DNA of 64,000 nucleotides from Bacteroidales bacterium (GTDB lineage Bacteria > Bacteroidota > Bacteroidia > Bacteroidales > WCHB1-69), in assembly GCA_017438945.1 (NCBI GenBank), contig JAFRUI010000013.1, forward strand, positions 29,611-93,610, given 5' to 3'. Position 1 is the stretch's first letter, and each line of letters begins with the position of its first letter. Under the pieces are notes generated by a model, which was not told where the DNA came from, ran no database searches, and saw only the letters and a list, made by a program, of their open reading frames with translations. Positions 44,878 to 55,194 of the stretch are shown here, one piece after another. The position numbers and the translations under genes were made by a program.

Positions 44878-45791
44878 AACCTCAGATTTGGCTGGCTCCC
44901 TTGCATGGGATCACCTCCCACACGTTCCGAAACACCCTATGCCGTCACTTTGGCGGCATAGATTTTTTTATGGCCCCTTTCCTGCCGGCACAACCCGCCG
45001 GCAAATTCCGCCCGAAAGTGTGGCAGGACATCGCACCCGAAAACAACACCGCCCTCCCACTCGTTCCGCAACTGATGGGCAACCGTCCGGAACATTTTGT
45101 GGACACAACACGTATGCTGAACGAACATTTTGGATATGAGCGGTTTAATATCAATATCGGATGTCCATCCTCGCCCGTAGTGCGCCATAGGCGGGGCTGC
45201 GGATTGATGCCGCATCCCGACTCGGTGGAAGAAATCGTGGCTGAAGTAACGAAAGCGACACCCTTTCATCTATCACTGAAGATGCGACTTGGTCTGCACA
45301 GTGCCGACGAAGGACGCCAACTGCTCACTCGCCTTAACGACTATCCACTGGATTTTCTGGTCATCCATCCCCGTTTGGGCGTCGATTTGTATGAAGGGAC
45401 TCCCGATTTGGACACCTTCGAGGAGTTTTGCCAGATAACACGGCACAAAATCGTCTATAGCGGTGATGTTTTCACGACGGAGGATTACGAGCGATTGTCG
45501 GAACGATTCCCGCAAGTGGCGGCTTGGATGCTGGGGCGCGGGATGTTACGAAATCCTTTTTTGGCGGAGGAGATCAAAGGGCAAGACACTGGCGACAAAA
45601 ACGGACGGTTCAACGCATTCTATCATGACCTCATAGATAAGCTGCTGCCAATTCGCGGAGAATCGGGCACCTTGGCGAACCTGAAGGAGTTGTGGCACTA
45701 TTTCGCCCATTTCACGCATACTTCCGACGAAAAGCTGCAACAATTGCTGCGGATTTGCGATTTACAGGAATTCGTGAAAGTGAGTAGTTAG
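44874..45791 (+). CDS. tRNA-dihydrouridine synthase family protein
   Basis: 305 aa. LAPLHGITSHTFR. NINIGCPS carries the catalytic Cys context. A TIM-barrel pattern ends in MLGRGMLRNPFL. The start shares a 4-nt ATGA overlap with the upstream gene. Confidence 0.75.
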   Translation: MKPQIWLAPLHGITSHTFRNTLCRHFGGIDFFMAPFLPAQPAGKFRPKVWQDIAPENNTALPLVPQLMGNRPEHFVDTTRMLNEHFGYERFNINIGCPSSPVVRHRRGCGLMPHPDSVEEIVAEVTKATPFHLSLKMRLGLHSADEGRQLLTRLNDYPLDFLVIHPRLGVDLYEGTPDLDTFEEFCQITRHKIVYSGDVFTTEDYERLSERFPQVAAWMLGRGMLRNPFLAEEIKGQDTGDKNGRFNAFYHDLIDKLLPIRGESGTLANLKELWHYFAHFTHTSDEKLQQLLRICDLQEFVKVSS

Positions 45792-45838
45792 CTATTAGAA
45801 CCCTTTAAGTCCTCAGTCTTAAGTCCAAAAATAAATGT

Positions 45839-45846
45839 ATCTTTGC
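45839..45846 (+). promoter_or_regulatory. -7 promoter box (TATCTTTG) for the 1303-aa T9SS gene
   Basis: aaatgTATCTTTGccg, 67 nt upstream of ATG 45913. Confidence 0.55.
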
Positions 45847-45912
45847 CGTTGAAAAATCATCTCTGGTGATTATTCTATCAAACTGGAATTCAAATAATTA
45901 AAAATAAAAAAT

Positions 45913-48900
45913 ATGAAAAAAAATTCTACCATTTTGAGTAAGGCGGCATTGCTGTTATGCTGCCTGATGAGTTTGGTTGGTTTGACTTTTGCACAAACCA
46001 CATATTCATTCAGCAATTATCCTGCAGGAGAACAATATGCTGAGAATGAGGTACATGTATTGGACGACGATATGACTCTCGTCACCAACCAATGCCATTT
46101 TACCACGCAGCTGCGCGTCTATTCCAGCTCTTCCCACGATGGTTATTTTTATTCCTACGCATTGCCGCTCTACATTGACAGCATAGCCTTCAATATGGGT
46201 TACAAAGTTGACAATGTAAACATTTACGGCAGTGTGGACGGCGACAACTGGAATTTGGTCGGCACCATTGCCGTCACCTCGACCAGCTATAGCGATTATG
46301 GATTGTCCTTCGGAAGCAGCAATTACAACTTTTTCAAATTTGACGTTGCCGGTTCACAGCAGATCCGTTTGGCTTCCATGACGATGTATTACAAATCCAC
46401 AGGCCCGTCTGGCCAGACCGCCCAGATTCCGACCTTCTCACCTGCGGCCGGACTTTACACCAGCCCCATATCGGTAACCATCGCCACAGAAACGGCCAAC
46501 GCCTCCATCTATTACACCACCGATGGCAGCACTCCTACCACCAGCTCCACGTTATATACAGCTCCCTTCCCCATCAACCAGACCACCACGGTGAAAGCTA
46601 TCGCCACGGCAGACGGTTATGCCAACAGCTCTGTGGCCACCGCCACCTACTCTTTCCCGGAAGTTCTGGCCAACCTCGCTGCTTTCAAGACTTTACCCAA
46701 CAGCAACCAACCCTACATCATCGGGAACGATGTGACTTTCGTGTTTGGCAATGGCGCTTACACTTATGTGAAAGATGCCTCTGCGGGCTTGCTGCTCTAC
46801 GGCAACAACGGCATTGTGAATGATTTTTCAGAAGGGGACCAGATCGCGAACTTGATGGGCACAAAAACCACTTATCAGAACCAAGTGGAGATGACGGTTT
46901 CCGCTTACGAAAGCTCTTCCGCTGCCAATGTGGGGACAAACACCCCCATCACTCTTACCATAAGCGAATTGAAGAATAATTACAGCACATACGATGCCCA
47001 ATTGGTGAAGATTGAGAATGTCACCTTCCCGGATGGGTTTACCGGAGGGAACAGCACCATCATCACGCAAGGAGATGATTCGCTCACTATGTACAAGCGC
47101 TTCAGCATCGACACCACGATAGCCGCCGGAAGCACGCTCAACATCACGGGTTTCGCAGCCATCTATGGATCCACCATCCAATTGTATCCTCGTAATAATC
47201 AAGACTTCACAATACAACTTCCCACTGTGGAAACCCCTGTATTCACTCCTGTTGCCGGCAGCTACGCCGACAGCGTGACCTTCAGCATCACCTGTGCAAC
47301 GGAGGGTGCGGAAATCCGCTACACCACCGACAGCACAGAGCCAACGGAGAACTCCGCACTCTACAGCGCCCCGGTCACTTTGACTTCCTCCGCCACCGTA
47401 ATGGCCAAGGCATTCAAGACGAACTGGTTACCCAGCGAAACATCCACAGCCGTCTATACCGTTGTCTATGAGCCGGTTCTGAGTGTCAACCCGTCCGTAT
47501 TGAGTTTCAACAGCACCCAACTGACCCAAACCTTCACCGTGAGCGGCGCTTATCTTACCGATCCTGTCACGTTGACCAGCAGCGACTCGCACTTCACCGT
47601 GAGCCCGTCCTCCATCAGCAATCCGAACTCCACCACGGAGGTCACCGTCACCTTTGACGGTACGGAGCCGGCAACGGGAACAGTCGCCGTTGTTTCGGGC
47701 TCCTTGAGCGAACAAGTCGCCCTGAACGCTACAGCCCGTTTATCCGCTCCCACCCTCACCCCCGTCACTGAAACCAGTGATGACGCCATCACGGTGACGA
47801 TGAGCTGCACCGTTGCCGATGCCACCATCCATTACACCACCGACGGCACCGAGCCCACCGAGAATTCCGCTGTCTATAGTCAGCCCATCGTTTTCAGCAC
47901 GCCCGGCACCTACACGGTGAAGGCACTTGCCACGAAAGCAGGTTGGGAAGCGAGCGAGGTCTCTACCGGCAACTATACCATCAACCAACCCGCATCCAAC
48001 GACACGGTGATCTATTCCGTCGGATTTGAAGACGAGGAGGGATTCACCGCCAGCAACGTCTATAACAACACCACAGTTGAATTTACCGGTGCGGAAGGGG
48101 CACAATGGGGCACTTTCTATGGCACACCGTCCACCAACAACCATATTGCCGGCGCTCAGTCCATGCAGATGCGCTGGTACACCTCCGCCACAGAGAATAT
48201 CGGTTACACTTACACGAATTTCGACCTGCACAACGTGACCCACGTCACTTTCGCTGCAGCAAGCACCAACGGCTTGAATGTCAAGGTTTCCCACTCCATT
48301 GATGGCGGAAACACCTACTCGGCCGGACAAGTGTTCACGCTGGGCAGTACCGCACAAGTTTTCAACTATGTGGTGGATGAGGAAGGCAGCTACAACTTTG
48401 TACGTCTGAAATTCGCCATTGAGCTGCCCGAGACTGACCCCACCTCCACCTCCCGTGTAGTTATTGACAGTTTGGTGGCCTTCGGTATTCCAGGAGTGGT
48501 TCCCTCCACGGTGGCAACTCCGGTTATCAGCCCGAACAACGGTTTCTACTACGAGCCCCAGACCGTCAGCATCACCTGTTCTGACGCTGACGCGGTGATC
48601 CGTTACACCACCGACGGCACCGAGCCCACGGAGAACTCCACCCTCTATAGCCAGCCGTTCACCGTAAGCGCCACCACGACCATCTCGGCCAAAGCGTGGA
48701 AAGCCAATATGACCCCGAGCTTTACGGCTACGTCCACTATCTCATTCCCCGCTCAGGTCGCCAACATCGCCGCTTTCAAGGCCGCCGCTTCCAATGATCC
48801 GCAACAGATCATGAGCGATGTGACCTTCGTGTTCCGCAGCGGTCGTTACATGTTCGTGGAGGACAACACCGCCGCCATGCTCATCTACGACAATTCAACT

Positions 48901-49824
48901 CCCGTGATCACCACCACCTACAACGAAGGCGACGTGATTGAAGCCGGAATCTTCGGCAGATATACCACGTACCAAGGAATGGTGGAAATGGTGCCCACCC
49001 ACAATGCCAATGAAGCCACCGGAACGCCCGTCACCGTCACACCTGCGAATGCCACCATCACCGATATTAAGGCACAATATACGGATGTTTATGAGTCCAA
49101 ATTGGTACACTTAAGCGATGTGGAATTCATCAGCGCCACCCAATTTGTGCAGAACGGCGACACAATGGCCATCTACAACCGCTTCAACACCGTCACCACG
49201 GAGATTTCCGCCGGCGACATGGCTGATGTGACCGGCTTTGTCAGCTACTCCACCAACTACGGTTACCAGATTTATCCTCGTGGCGATGAGGATATTGACA
49301 TCCACCCCGTAGTGATTATGGACACCGTTGCCACGCCCGAATTTGACCTGTTCAAGGATGGCGAGTTCTATAGAGTGAATATCACCTGCGCCACAGAAGG
49401 TGCCAGCATTTACTACACTATCGATGGCACCGACCCTGACGAATCCTCCAACTTGTTTGACGGCATTTTCCCGTTGAACATGCAACCTCGCATCCTGAAG
49501 GCCATCGCTATGAAAGAGGGTATGGTGAACAGCGCCATTGCCGTTTACGATTACAATCCGAGCGGCATCAACAGCTATGAGTTGCGCGATAACCTCAGCG
49601 TTTACCCCAATCCCGCCATCAACAATGTGGCCATCAGTGTGAAGAATGACAATGTCACGATCGAGAAAGTGGAACTTTACAACATTTATGGTCAACTGCT
49701 GAATACGATGTATGTGAACGGAAACACGACAGAAGTTTCTGTCCAAGCATTCGCCACGGGCACCTATCTCGCCAAGGTTTACACCGACAAGGGCGTTGTT
49801 ACGATGCCGGTAATCAAGAAATAA
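45913..49824 (+). CDS. T9SS type A cargo protein (1303 aa) with repeated chitobiase/hexosaminidase-C-like (Fn3-associated) domains
   Basis: Signal peptide. At least five copies of the P.F.P..G.Y......V.I......A.I(Y/R)YTTDG(S/T)(T/E)PT..S..Y..P motif. C-terminus is YPNPAINNVAI...GTYLAKVYTDKGVVTMPVIKK. Confidence 0.8.
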   Translation: MKKNSTILSKAALLLCCLMSLVGLTFAQTTYSFSNYPAGEQYAENEVHVLDDDMTLVTNQCHFTTQLRVYSSSSHDGYFYSYALPLYIDSIAFNMGYKVDNVNIYGSVDGDNWNLVGTIAVTSTSYSDYGLSFGSSNYNFFKFDVAGSQQIRLASMTMYYKSTGPSGQTAQIPTFSPAAGLYTSPISVTIATETANASIYYTTDGSTPTTSSTLYTAPFPINQTTTVKAIATADGYANSSVATATYSFPEVLANLAAFKTLPNSNQPYIIGNDVTFVFGNGAYTYVKDASAGLLLYGNNGIVNDFSEGDQIANLMGTKTTYQNQVEMTVSAYESSSAANVGTNTPITLTISELKNNYSTYDAQLVKIENVTFPDGFTGGNSTIITQGDDSLTMYKRFSIDTTIAAGSTLNITGFAAIYGSTIQLYPRNNQDFTIQLPTVETPVFTPVAGSYADSVTFSITCATEGAEIRYTTDSTEPTENSALYSAPVTLTSSATVMAKAFKTNWLPSETSTAVYTVVYEPVLSVNPSVLSFNSTQLTQTFTVSGAYLTDPVTLTSSDSHFTVSPSSISNPNSTTEVTVTFDGTEPATGTVAVVSGSLSEQVALNATARLSAPTLTPVTETSDDAITVTMSCTVADATIHYTTDGTEPTENSAVYSQPIVFSTPGTYTVKALATKAGWEASEVSTGNYTINQPASNDTVIYSVGFEDEEGFTASNVYNNTTVEFTGAEGAQWGTFYGTPSTNNHIAGAQSMQMRWYTSATENIGYTYTNFDLHNVTHVTFAAASTNGLNVKVSHSIDGGNTYSAGQVFTLGSTAQVFNYVVDEEGSYNFVRLKFAIELPETDPTSTSRVVIDSLVAFGIPGVVPSTVATPVISPNNGFYYEPQTVSITCSDADAVIRYTTDGTEPTENSTLYSQPFTVSATTTISAKAWKANMTPSFTATSTISFPAQVANIAAFKAAASNDPQQIMSDVTFVFRSGRYMFVEDNTAAMLIYDNSTPVITTTYNEGDVIEAGIFGRYTTYQGMVEMVPTHNANEATGTPVTVTPANATITDIKAQYTDVYESKLVHLSDVEFISATQFVQNGDTMAIYNRFNTVTTEISAGDMADVTGFVSYSTNYGYQIYPRGDEDIDIHPVVIMDTVATPEFDLFKDGEFYRVNITCATEGASIYYTIDGTDPDESSNLFDGIFPLNMQPRILKAIAMKEGMVNSAIAVYDYNPSGINSYELRDNLSVYPNPAINNVAISVKNDNVTIEKVELYNIYGQLLNTMYVNGNTTEVSVQAFATGTYLAKVYTDKGVVTMPVIKK

Positions 49825-49844
49825 CAAGAAATAATTTGTCCCTT

Positions 49845-49874
49845 TGTAGAGACGCGCCATGGCGCGTCTCTACA
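49845..49874. terminator. Perfect 30-nt palindrome between convergent genes; bidirectional terminator candidate (GTAG-family)
   Basis: TGTAGAGACGCGCCATGGCGCGTCTCTACA. The stop codon of the minus-strand 1770-aa gene (49870-49872) lies inside the right arm. Confidence 0.7.
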
Positions 49875-52800
49875 GTACCGTCACGCTGCCCGTGACGCGG
49901 TACGGTTTGCCGCCGGCGAGCGTGTATCGGATGATGTACGTATAGACCGTGTTGACGAACGTCTTCCCCTTGAAGGATCCGTCCCATTGGAAGTTCTTGT
50001 CCGTCGAGTAGAACACCTGCTCGCCCCAACGGTTGAAGATGCTGATCTCGAAGTCGGCAATCATGCTCTGAACCCTTTGCGGCAAGCTGAACACATCGTT
50101 CAAACCGTCGCTCTTGGAGGGTGTGATGGCATTGGGAAGCCACAACTGGAAATCGCAGCCCTCCACCGTGTATCTCGCTGTGGCGCGGCAGCCGCCCTGC
50201 ATGGCCGTGACGCTGTACACCCCGGGCTGCGTCACCGTGATGTTCGGCATCTCCTCGCCCGTGCTCCACTCGTAGTCCGTCATCGACGTCACCACCGACA
50301 GCTCCGCCGACATCCCCTCGCAGAAATCCTCCGTCAGGGAGATGATCTCCAACGCCGTGTCGATGACCGTCAGGTGGAGGGTGACCGTGCTGTCACAGCC
50401 CACCATGCTGGTAAACGACCGCGTATAGTCGCCCGATTCCGTGTACGTCTCCCCGTTCCACACATATTCCTCGCATGCCGCCTCCGCGATTTCCGCGACT
50501 TCCGCGGGATAGACTGTCAGATGCAGCGTCACCACACTGTCGCAGCCCGCCATGTTCGTAAGCGTCCGCGTGTAGTCGCCCGATTCGGTGTAGGTCGCCC
50601 CGCCCCACGGGAACGTGTCGCACGCCGTCTCGTACAGCTCCGTGGAATCCAGCCCCAGCACGGCAAGCTGCATCGTCACCACGCTGTCGCAGCCCGACAC
50701 CGTCTGCAGGGTGACCGTCTGCGTGTCCGGACCAATGAAGGCAACCCCGTTCCACAAGTACGGGAGCTCGTCCGCGCAGACACTCCGCGACTGCATCTGC
50801 TGGTAGGTGCTGGAAACGGACAGCGTCATCGTGACCGTGGAGTCACAGCCGCTGACGGTCTGATACGTGACACTCTGCGTGCCCGGACCGCTGAACGTCA
50901 CCCCGTTCCACACGTATGGTAGCTCGTCCTGGCAGACCGTCCGCCCTTCGGACAGCTGGTAGGTGCTGTTGACGTGGAGCGTCATCGTGACGGTCGAGTC
51001 GCAGCCGCTGACGGTCTGATGCGTGACACTCTGCGTGCCCGCACTGCTGAACGTTACCCCGTTCCACAAAAGCGGGAGCGCGCCGGCGCAGACGGAGGAG
51101 TCCAGCTGGACCGCGGCATTCTGAGCTATCGCGAGATGCAGCGTCACCACGCTGTCGCAGCCCGACGCGTTGGTGAATGTACGCGTGTAATCTCCCGATC
51201 CGGTGTAGGTCTCCCCCTCCCAGACATATTCCTCGCAGGACGTCTCCGTCATCTCCGCGGTTTCCGAGTGGTGCAGCGTCAGGTGCAGCGTCACCACTGA
51301 GTCGCAACCCGCAGCGTTGGTGTACGTCCGGGTATAGTCACCCGATCCGGTGTAGGTCTCCCCTTCCCAGGCATACTCGTCGCAGGACGTCTCCGCGATT
51401 TCCGTTGTGTCCGCGTGGTGCAGCGTCAGGTGCAGCGTCACCAAACTGTCGCAGCCCGCCGCATTGGTGTACGTCCGTGTGTAATTTCCCGATTCGGTGT
51501 AGGTCTCCCCTTCCCAGACATATTCCTCGCAGGATGTCTCCGCGATTTCCGTAGTGTCCGCGTGGTTCAGTGTAAGATGCAGCGTCACCACTGAGTCGCA
51601 GCCCGACACGTTGGTGTACGTCCGTGTATAGTCGCCCGGCTCGCTGTAAGTTTCCCCGTCCCAGACATACTCCTCGCAGGATGTCTCCGCAAATTCCGCA
51701 GTGTCCGCGTGGTTCAGCGTAAGGTGCAGCGTCACCACGCTGTCGCAGCCCGCCACGTTGGTGTACGTCCGCGTGTAGTCGCCCGGTTCAGTATAGGTCT
51801 CACCTTCCCAGACATATTCGTCGCAGGACGTTTCCGCAAATTCCGAAGTGTCCGCGTGGTTCAGCGTAAGGTGCAGCGTCACCACGCTGTCGCAGCCCGC
51901 CACGTTGGTGTACGTCCGCGTGTAGTCGCCCGGCTCGCTGTAGGTCTCCCCGTCCCAGAGATACTCGTCGCAGGACATCTCCGAAATCTCCACGGTTTCC
52001 GCGTGGCTCAGCGTCAGATGCAGCGTCACCGTACTGTCGCAGCCCGACGCGGTGGTGTATGTCCGCGTGTAGTCGCCCGATTCGGTGTAGGTCTCCCCCT
52101 CCCAGACGAAACTGTCGCAGGACGTCTCCGTGACCTCCTCCGTCTCCGAATAATGGACCGTCAGATGCAAGGTCACCACCGAATCGCAGCCCTCCGCATT
52201 GGTGAGCGTCTGTGTATAGTCGCCGGACCCGGTGTAGGTCACCCCGTTCCAGACATAACTGTCGCACGATGTCGCCGAAACTTCCGCCGCCTCCGCATGG
52301 TTAACCGTCAGGTGCACCGTCACCACGCTGTCGCAGCCGTGGATGTTGGAGAACACCTTCGTGATGTCGCCGCCCTCCTCGTATTCGTCGCCAGCCCATT
52401 CGAAGACATCGCAGGCGGTCACCGACTGCTCCACCGTGTCGGGTTCAACCGTGCGCAACCGATACTCCGCCGTGCTGTCGCAGCCCATGGCGGAGACGCC
52501 CGTGAAATACAGCGTGTCGGCGTGACCGAAAAGGTATCCGCGCCACTCCACGGGAAGGTCGCCGGCGCAGACCACCGTGTCGAAGACCGTCAACGGTGGC
52601 GCAACCACCGTGACATGTGCCAAGACCATGCTGTCGCAGCCCGAGGCGCCCGGCAACTGCTTCATGTACACCCCGCTCTGCGTATAGATACTACCCTCCC
52701 ACTCGAACACACCGCACACCGTGGTGTCGAACGTGGTGTAGGACACCTCGGTCACCTCCAACGTCATCACCACCACGCTGTCGCAGCCGTAACGGTTCTG

Positions 52801-55182
52801 GAGAATCTGCGACTGGGTGCCGGCAGCGAGGAACACCAGACCGTTCCAGCTCAGCGGAAGCTCGTTCTGGCAGCAGACGCTGTCAACATGCACCGTGTCC
52901 GAATAGTTCACCGTCAGCTCTATCCGGCGAGTGTACGGGCAGCCGTCGGAGTTGTTGATGACGCGCTCGTGAATCCCCGATTCCGTATAGACCGTGTCGA
53001 ACCACGCATAGCGGTTGCAGACCGTAATCTCGGAGACCACCGCGGAGGTGTCCGACACGTCCACGTGGACCGTGGTGGTGCTATCGCACCCGTGGATGTT
53101 GGGGACGGTGACGCTCTGCGTGCCCGCCTCTGTGAATGTGAAACCCCGCACGGTCACCGGCAGGCTCTGAGGGCAGACCAGCGTGTCGAGCTGCACCGTG
53201 TCCGCGTAGTGGACCGTCACGTACGCCGTCACAATGCTGTCGCAGCCGTAACGGTTCTCCAGCGTCTGCGCATACACTCCGCTCTCAGGGTATACTTCCC
53301 CGTTCCAGACGAACGCCCCGCACACGACGGTGTCGAAAGCGGCGACGCTAGACGGGTTTACTGTCAGGGTCAAAGTGACAACGGAGTCGCAACCGAAACG
53401 GTTGGTGAAAGCTTTCGTATAAACACCTGATTGCGTGTAAGTTTCACCAGCCCAAGAGTAAAAATCGCATGCCGTCTGGGCGATATTGACAGAATCTGAA
53501 ACATTCACTATGAGATGGACGGTAACAATACTATCGCAACCGAACTGATTCGCAAATGTTCTTGTATAAATTCCTGATTGTGTATATGTTATTCCTTCCC
53601 AAATTAAAGAATCGCATACCGTCTGGGAAACGCTGGTCGTCGAAACGGGGTTGATATGGAGAGTCATCACCACTACACTGTCATATCCCTGGTAAGATGG
53701 GATGGTCACGTCATGTGTTCCGGCCTCTGCAAACATAATCCCATTCCAAACGAGGGGCAGGGCATTTTCGCAAACCGTGCTGTCCACTCTAACCGTGTCC
53801 AAATGCAAAATGGTGATATTTAATTGGATAACACTATCGCAACCGTACTGGTTCTGGTATTCAAACGTATAAGTCCCTGATTCTGTGAAAAGAGTATCGT
53901 CCCAAACCAAACCGTCGTAGGCACTGGTATCTATGGTGAAATATTGTGAGTAATGAATCGTGATGTCCAAAAACACGACACTGTCGCAGCCGTTGCCGTT
54001 GGTGAGATGTTGTGTATAAGTTCCTGAATAGTTGTATGTTGTACCATTCAGCGTATAGGAATCGCAGGAGGATTCGGTCAGATAGGCAGTGTCGGGTTCA
54101 TGGAGGGTGAGATGGAGGATCACCGTGCTGTCACAACCATTGGAAGAGAGGAAATGTTGCTCGTAATCGCCTTCTTCATAGAGGGTTATACCATTCCAAA
54201 GGTAAGTCTGGCAGGCCTCTTCGTAAATCTCGTTGGTGATAGAAGGCAGGACGGTCAGGTAGAGGGTCACGACAGCGGAGCAACCGTCGGCGGTGACGGT
54301 GCGCGTGCGGGTGATGGTGCCCGGCGTGGCGGTTTCCTCCGCGCTGACAGTGAACCCGTTGGCCTCGTACGGCTCACCCTGACAAACCTCATCGTAAATC
54401 TCCTGCGGCATGTTCTCGGCCACGAAGATGGTCCGTTCGGCTGTCGCACTGCATCCGCTTTCGTTGGTGGCGGTCACGGTGTAGGTGGTGGTCTGCGGCG
54501 GCGACGGGTTGATGTACGGCTCTGTACTGCCCGTGCTCCACTGGTAGGTCAGAGAAGTGTCATACTCAACCGGAGGAATTACGAAACTGCGAATGGCTCG
54601 TACTTTATGGTAGGTTCCACGATTGTATTGTGCGGGAATGAAAAATGACACAGCCCAAGCTTCGGTATTACTTACAAGACTACTGCTCCAATAATCACCT
54701 TCAGGGAGAGTGCCTCCCGCATTCGTCATTTTCTCATCAATAAAGGGAAAACTTGCCGTTAGCCGGAGCAACTGTCCGATCGCAGGAAGATACCATCCAT
54801 TGTCAAAATCCACCTCGGTGGCGGCGACAGGAACTGGATATGCCAGCGTTGCTTGGAAATTCCGGATAAGTTGAGTGTTGGAATAGCCAGCGGTATCATC
54901 TGTCATAAGTTTGTATAGCTCCATATTCCGTACATAATCATTTGGATTTGGATACGAAAAATACGGAAGCCCTGTGAACACAGGACCGTTTTGAGACCAT
55001 CTGATACTTTCCGACGCATCATCCAAAGCCACCACCCAACCCCCGCTTCCATCAGGGTGAAGATAAAAAATGATTCCCTGACTCCCGTCCGGTGCAGTAT
55101 ATAGGTCTCCTATCTGGTAGCTTTGTCCGAACAAATCTGCTACAAGAAAGAAAAGTGCCATATATACCACAATTTTCTTCAT
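49870..55182 (-). CDS. T9SS type B cargo protein (1770 aa): N-terminal DUF1566-like domain, ~30 two-Cys ~49-aa repeats, type B sorting domain
   Basis: Signal peptide MKKIVVYMALFFLVADLFGQ. DFDNGWYLPAIGQLLRL resembles the DUF1566 W.LP...EL core. Repeats follow C..Y.W.G.TYT.SG.YT.T.TN..GCDS.VTLHLT. C-terminus is LPNAITPSKSDGLNDVFSLP...ISIFNRWGEQVFYSTDKNFQWDG...GSVTVL. Confidence 0.85.
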   Translation of the reverse strand: MKKIVVYMALFFLVADLFGQSYQIGDLYTAPDGSQGIIFYLHPDGSGGWVVALDDASESIRWSQNGPVFTGLPYFSYPNPNDYVRNMELYKLMTDDTAGYSNTQLIRNFQATLAYPVPVAATEVDFDNGWYLPAIGQLLRLTASFPFIDEKMTNAGGTLPEGDYWSSSLVSNTEAWAVSFFIPAQYNRGTYHKVRAIRSFVIPPVEYDTSLTYQWSTGSTEPYINPSPPQTTTYTVTATNESGCSATAERTIFVAENMPQEIYDEVCQGEPYEANGFTVSAEETATPGTITRTRTVTADGCSAVVTLYLTVLPSITNEIYEEACQTYLWNGITLYEEGDYEQHFLSSNGCDSTVILHLTLHEPDTAYLTESSCDSYTLNGTTYNYSGTYTQHLTNGNGCDSVVFLDITIHYSQYFTIDTSAYDGLVWDDTLFTESGTYTFEYQNQYGCDSVIQLNITILHLDTVRVDSTVCENALPLVWNGIMFAEAGTHDVTIPSYQGYDSVVVMTLHINPVSTTSVSQTVCDSLIWEGITYTQSGIYTRTFANQFGCDSIVTVHLIVNVSDSVNIAQTACDFYSWAGETYTQSGVYTKAFTNRFGCDSVVTLTLTVNPSSVAAFDTVVCGAFVWNGEVYPESGVYAQTLENRYGCDSIVTAYVTVHYADTVQLDTLVCPQSLPVTVRGFTFTEAGTQSVTVPNIHGCDSTTTVHVDVSDTSAVVSEITVCNRYAWFDTVYTESGIHERVINNSDGCPYTRRIELTVNYSDTVHVDSVCCQNELPLSWNGLVFLAAGTQSQILQNRYGCDSVVVMTLEVTEVSYTTFDTTVCGVFEWEGSIYTQSGVYMKQLPGASGCDSMVLAHVTVVAPPLTVFDTVVCAGDLPVEWRGYLFGHADTLYFTGVSAMGCDSTAEYRLRTVEPDTVEQSVTACDVFEWAGDEYEEGGDITKVFSNIHGCDSVVTVHLTVNHAEAAEVSATSCDSYVWNGVTYTGSGDYTQTLTNAEGCDSVVTLHLTVHYSETEEVTETSCDSFVWEGETYTESGDYTRTYTTASGCDSTVTLHLTLSHAETVEISEMSCDEYLWDGETYSEPGDYTRTYTNVAGCDSVVTLHLTLNHADTSEFAETSCDEYVWEGETYTEPGDYTRTYTNVAGCDSVVTLHLTLNHADTAEFAETSCEEYVWDGETYSEPGDYTRTYTNVSGCDSVVTLHLTLNHADTTEIAETSCEEYVWEGETYTESGNYTRTYTNAAGCDSLVTLHLTLHHADTTEIAETSCDEYAWEGETYTGSGDYTRTYTNAAGCDSVVTLHLTLHHSETAEMTETSCEEYVWEGETYTGSGDYTRTFTNASGCDSVVTLHLAIAQNAAVQLDSSVCAGALPLLWNGVTFSSAGTQSVTHQTVSGCDSTVTMTLHVNSTYQLSEGRTVCQDELPYVWNGVTFSGPGTQSVTYQTVSGCDSTVTMTLSVSSTYQQMQSRSVCADELPYLWNGVAFIGPDTQTVTLQTVSGCDSVVTMQLAVLGLDSTELYETACDTFPWGGATYTESGDYTRTLTNMAGCDSVVTLHLTVYPAEVAEIAEAACEEYVWNGETYTESGDYTRSFTSMVGCDSTVTLHLTVIDTALEIISLTEDFCEGMSAELSVVTSMTDYEWSTGEEMPNITVTQPGVYSVTAMQGGCRATARYTVEGCDFQLWLPNAITPSKSDGLNDVFSLPQRVQSMIADFEISIFNRWGEQVFYSTDKNFQWDGSFKGKTFVNTVYTYIIRYTLAGGKPYRVTGSVTVL
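51115..52465 (-). repeat. Tandem 147-bp (49-aa) coding repeat, at least 9 consecutive units, several nearly identical
   Basis: The landmark gcagcgtcacca(c) recurs at 51138, 51285, 51432, 51579, 51726, 51873 and 52020, with variants at 52167 and 52314. Spacing is exactly 147 nt. Outer boundaries are approximate. Confidence 0.9.
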
Positions 55183-55194
55183 TTCTTGAGAATA

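Noticed and set aside
51115-52465. A regularly spaced 147-bp repeat array that could be mistaken for a CRISPR array or a satellite.
   Set aside because: There is no repeat-spacer alternation, because the whole unit repeats. The period is a multiple of 3 and lies in one long ORF with conserved residues. No cas genes or leader are present. It is a coding tandem repeat.
49987-53430. Long plus-strand ORFs (311 aa at 49987-50922, 573 aa at 51709-53430, and several of 100-150 aa).
   Set aside because: They are antisense to the 1770-aa repeat protein. Their products are Arg/His/Val/Gly-rich and simply mirror the 147-bp repeat. The minus frame carries a signal peptide, conserved Cys repeats and a type B sorting domain.
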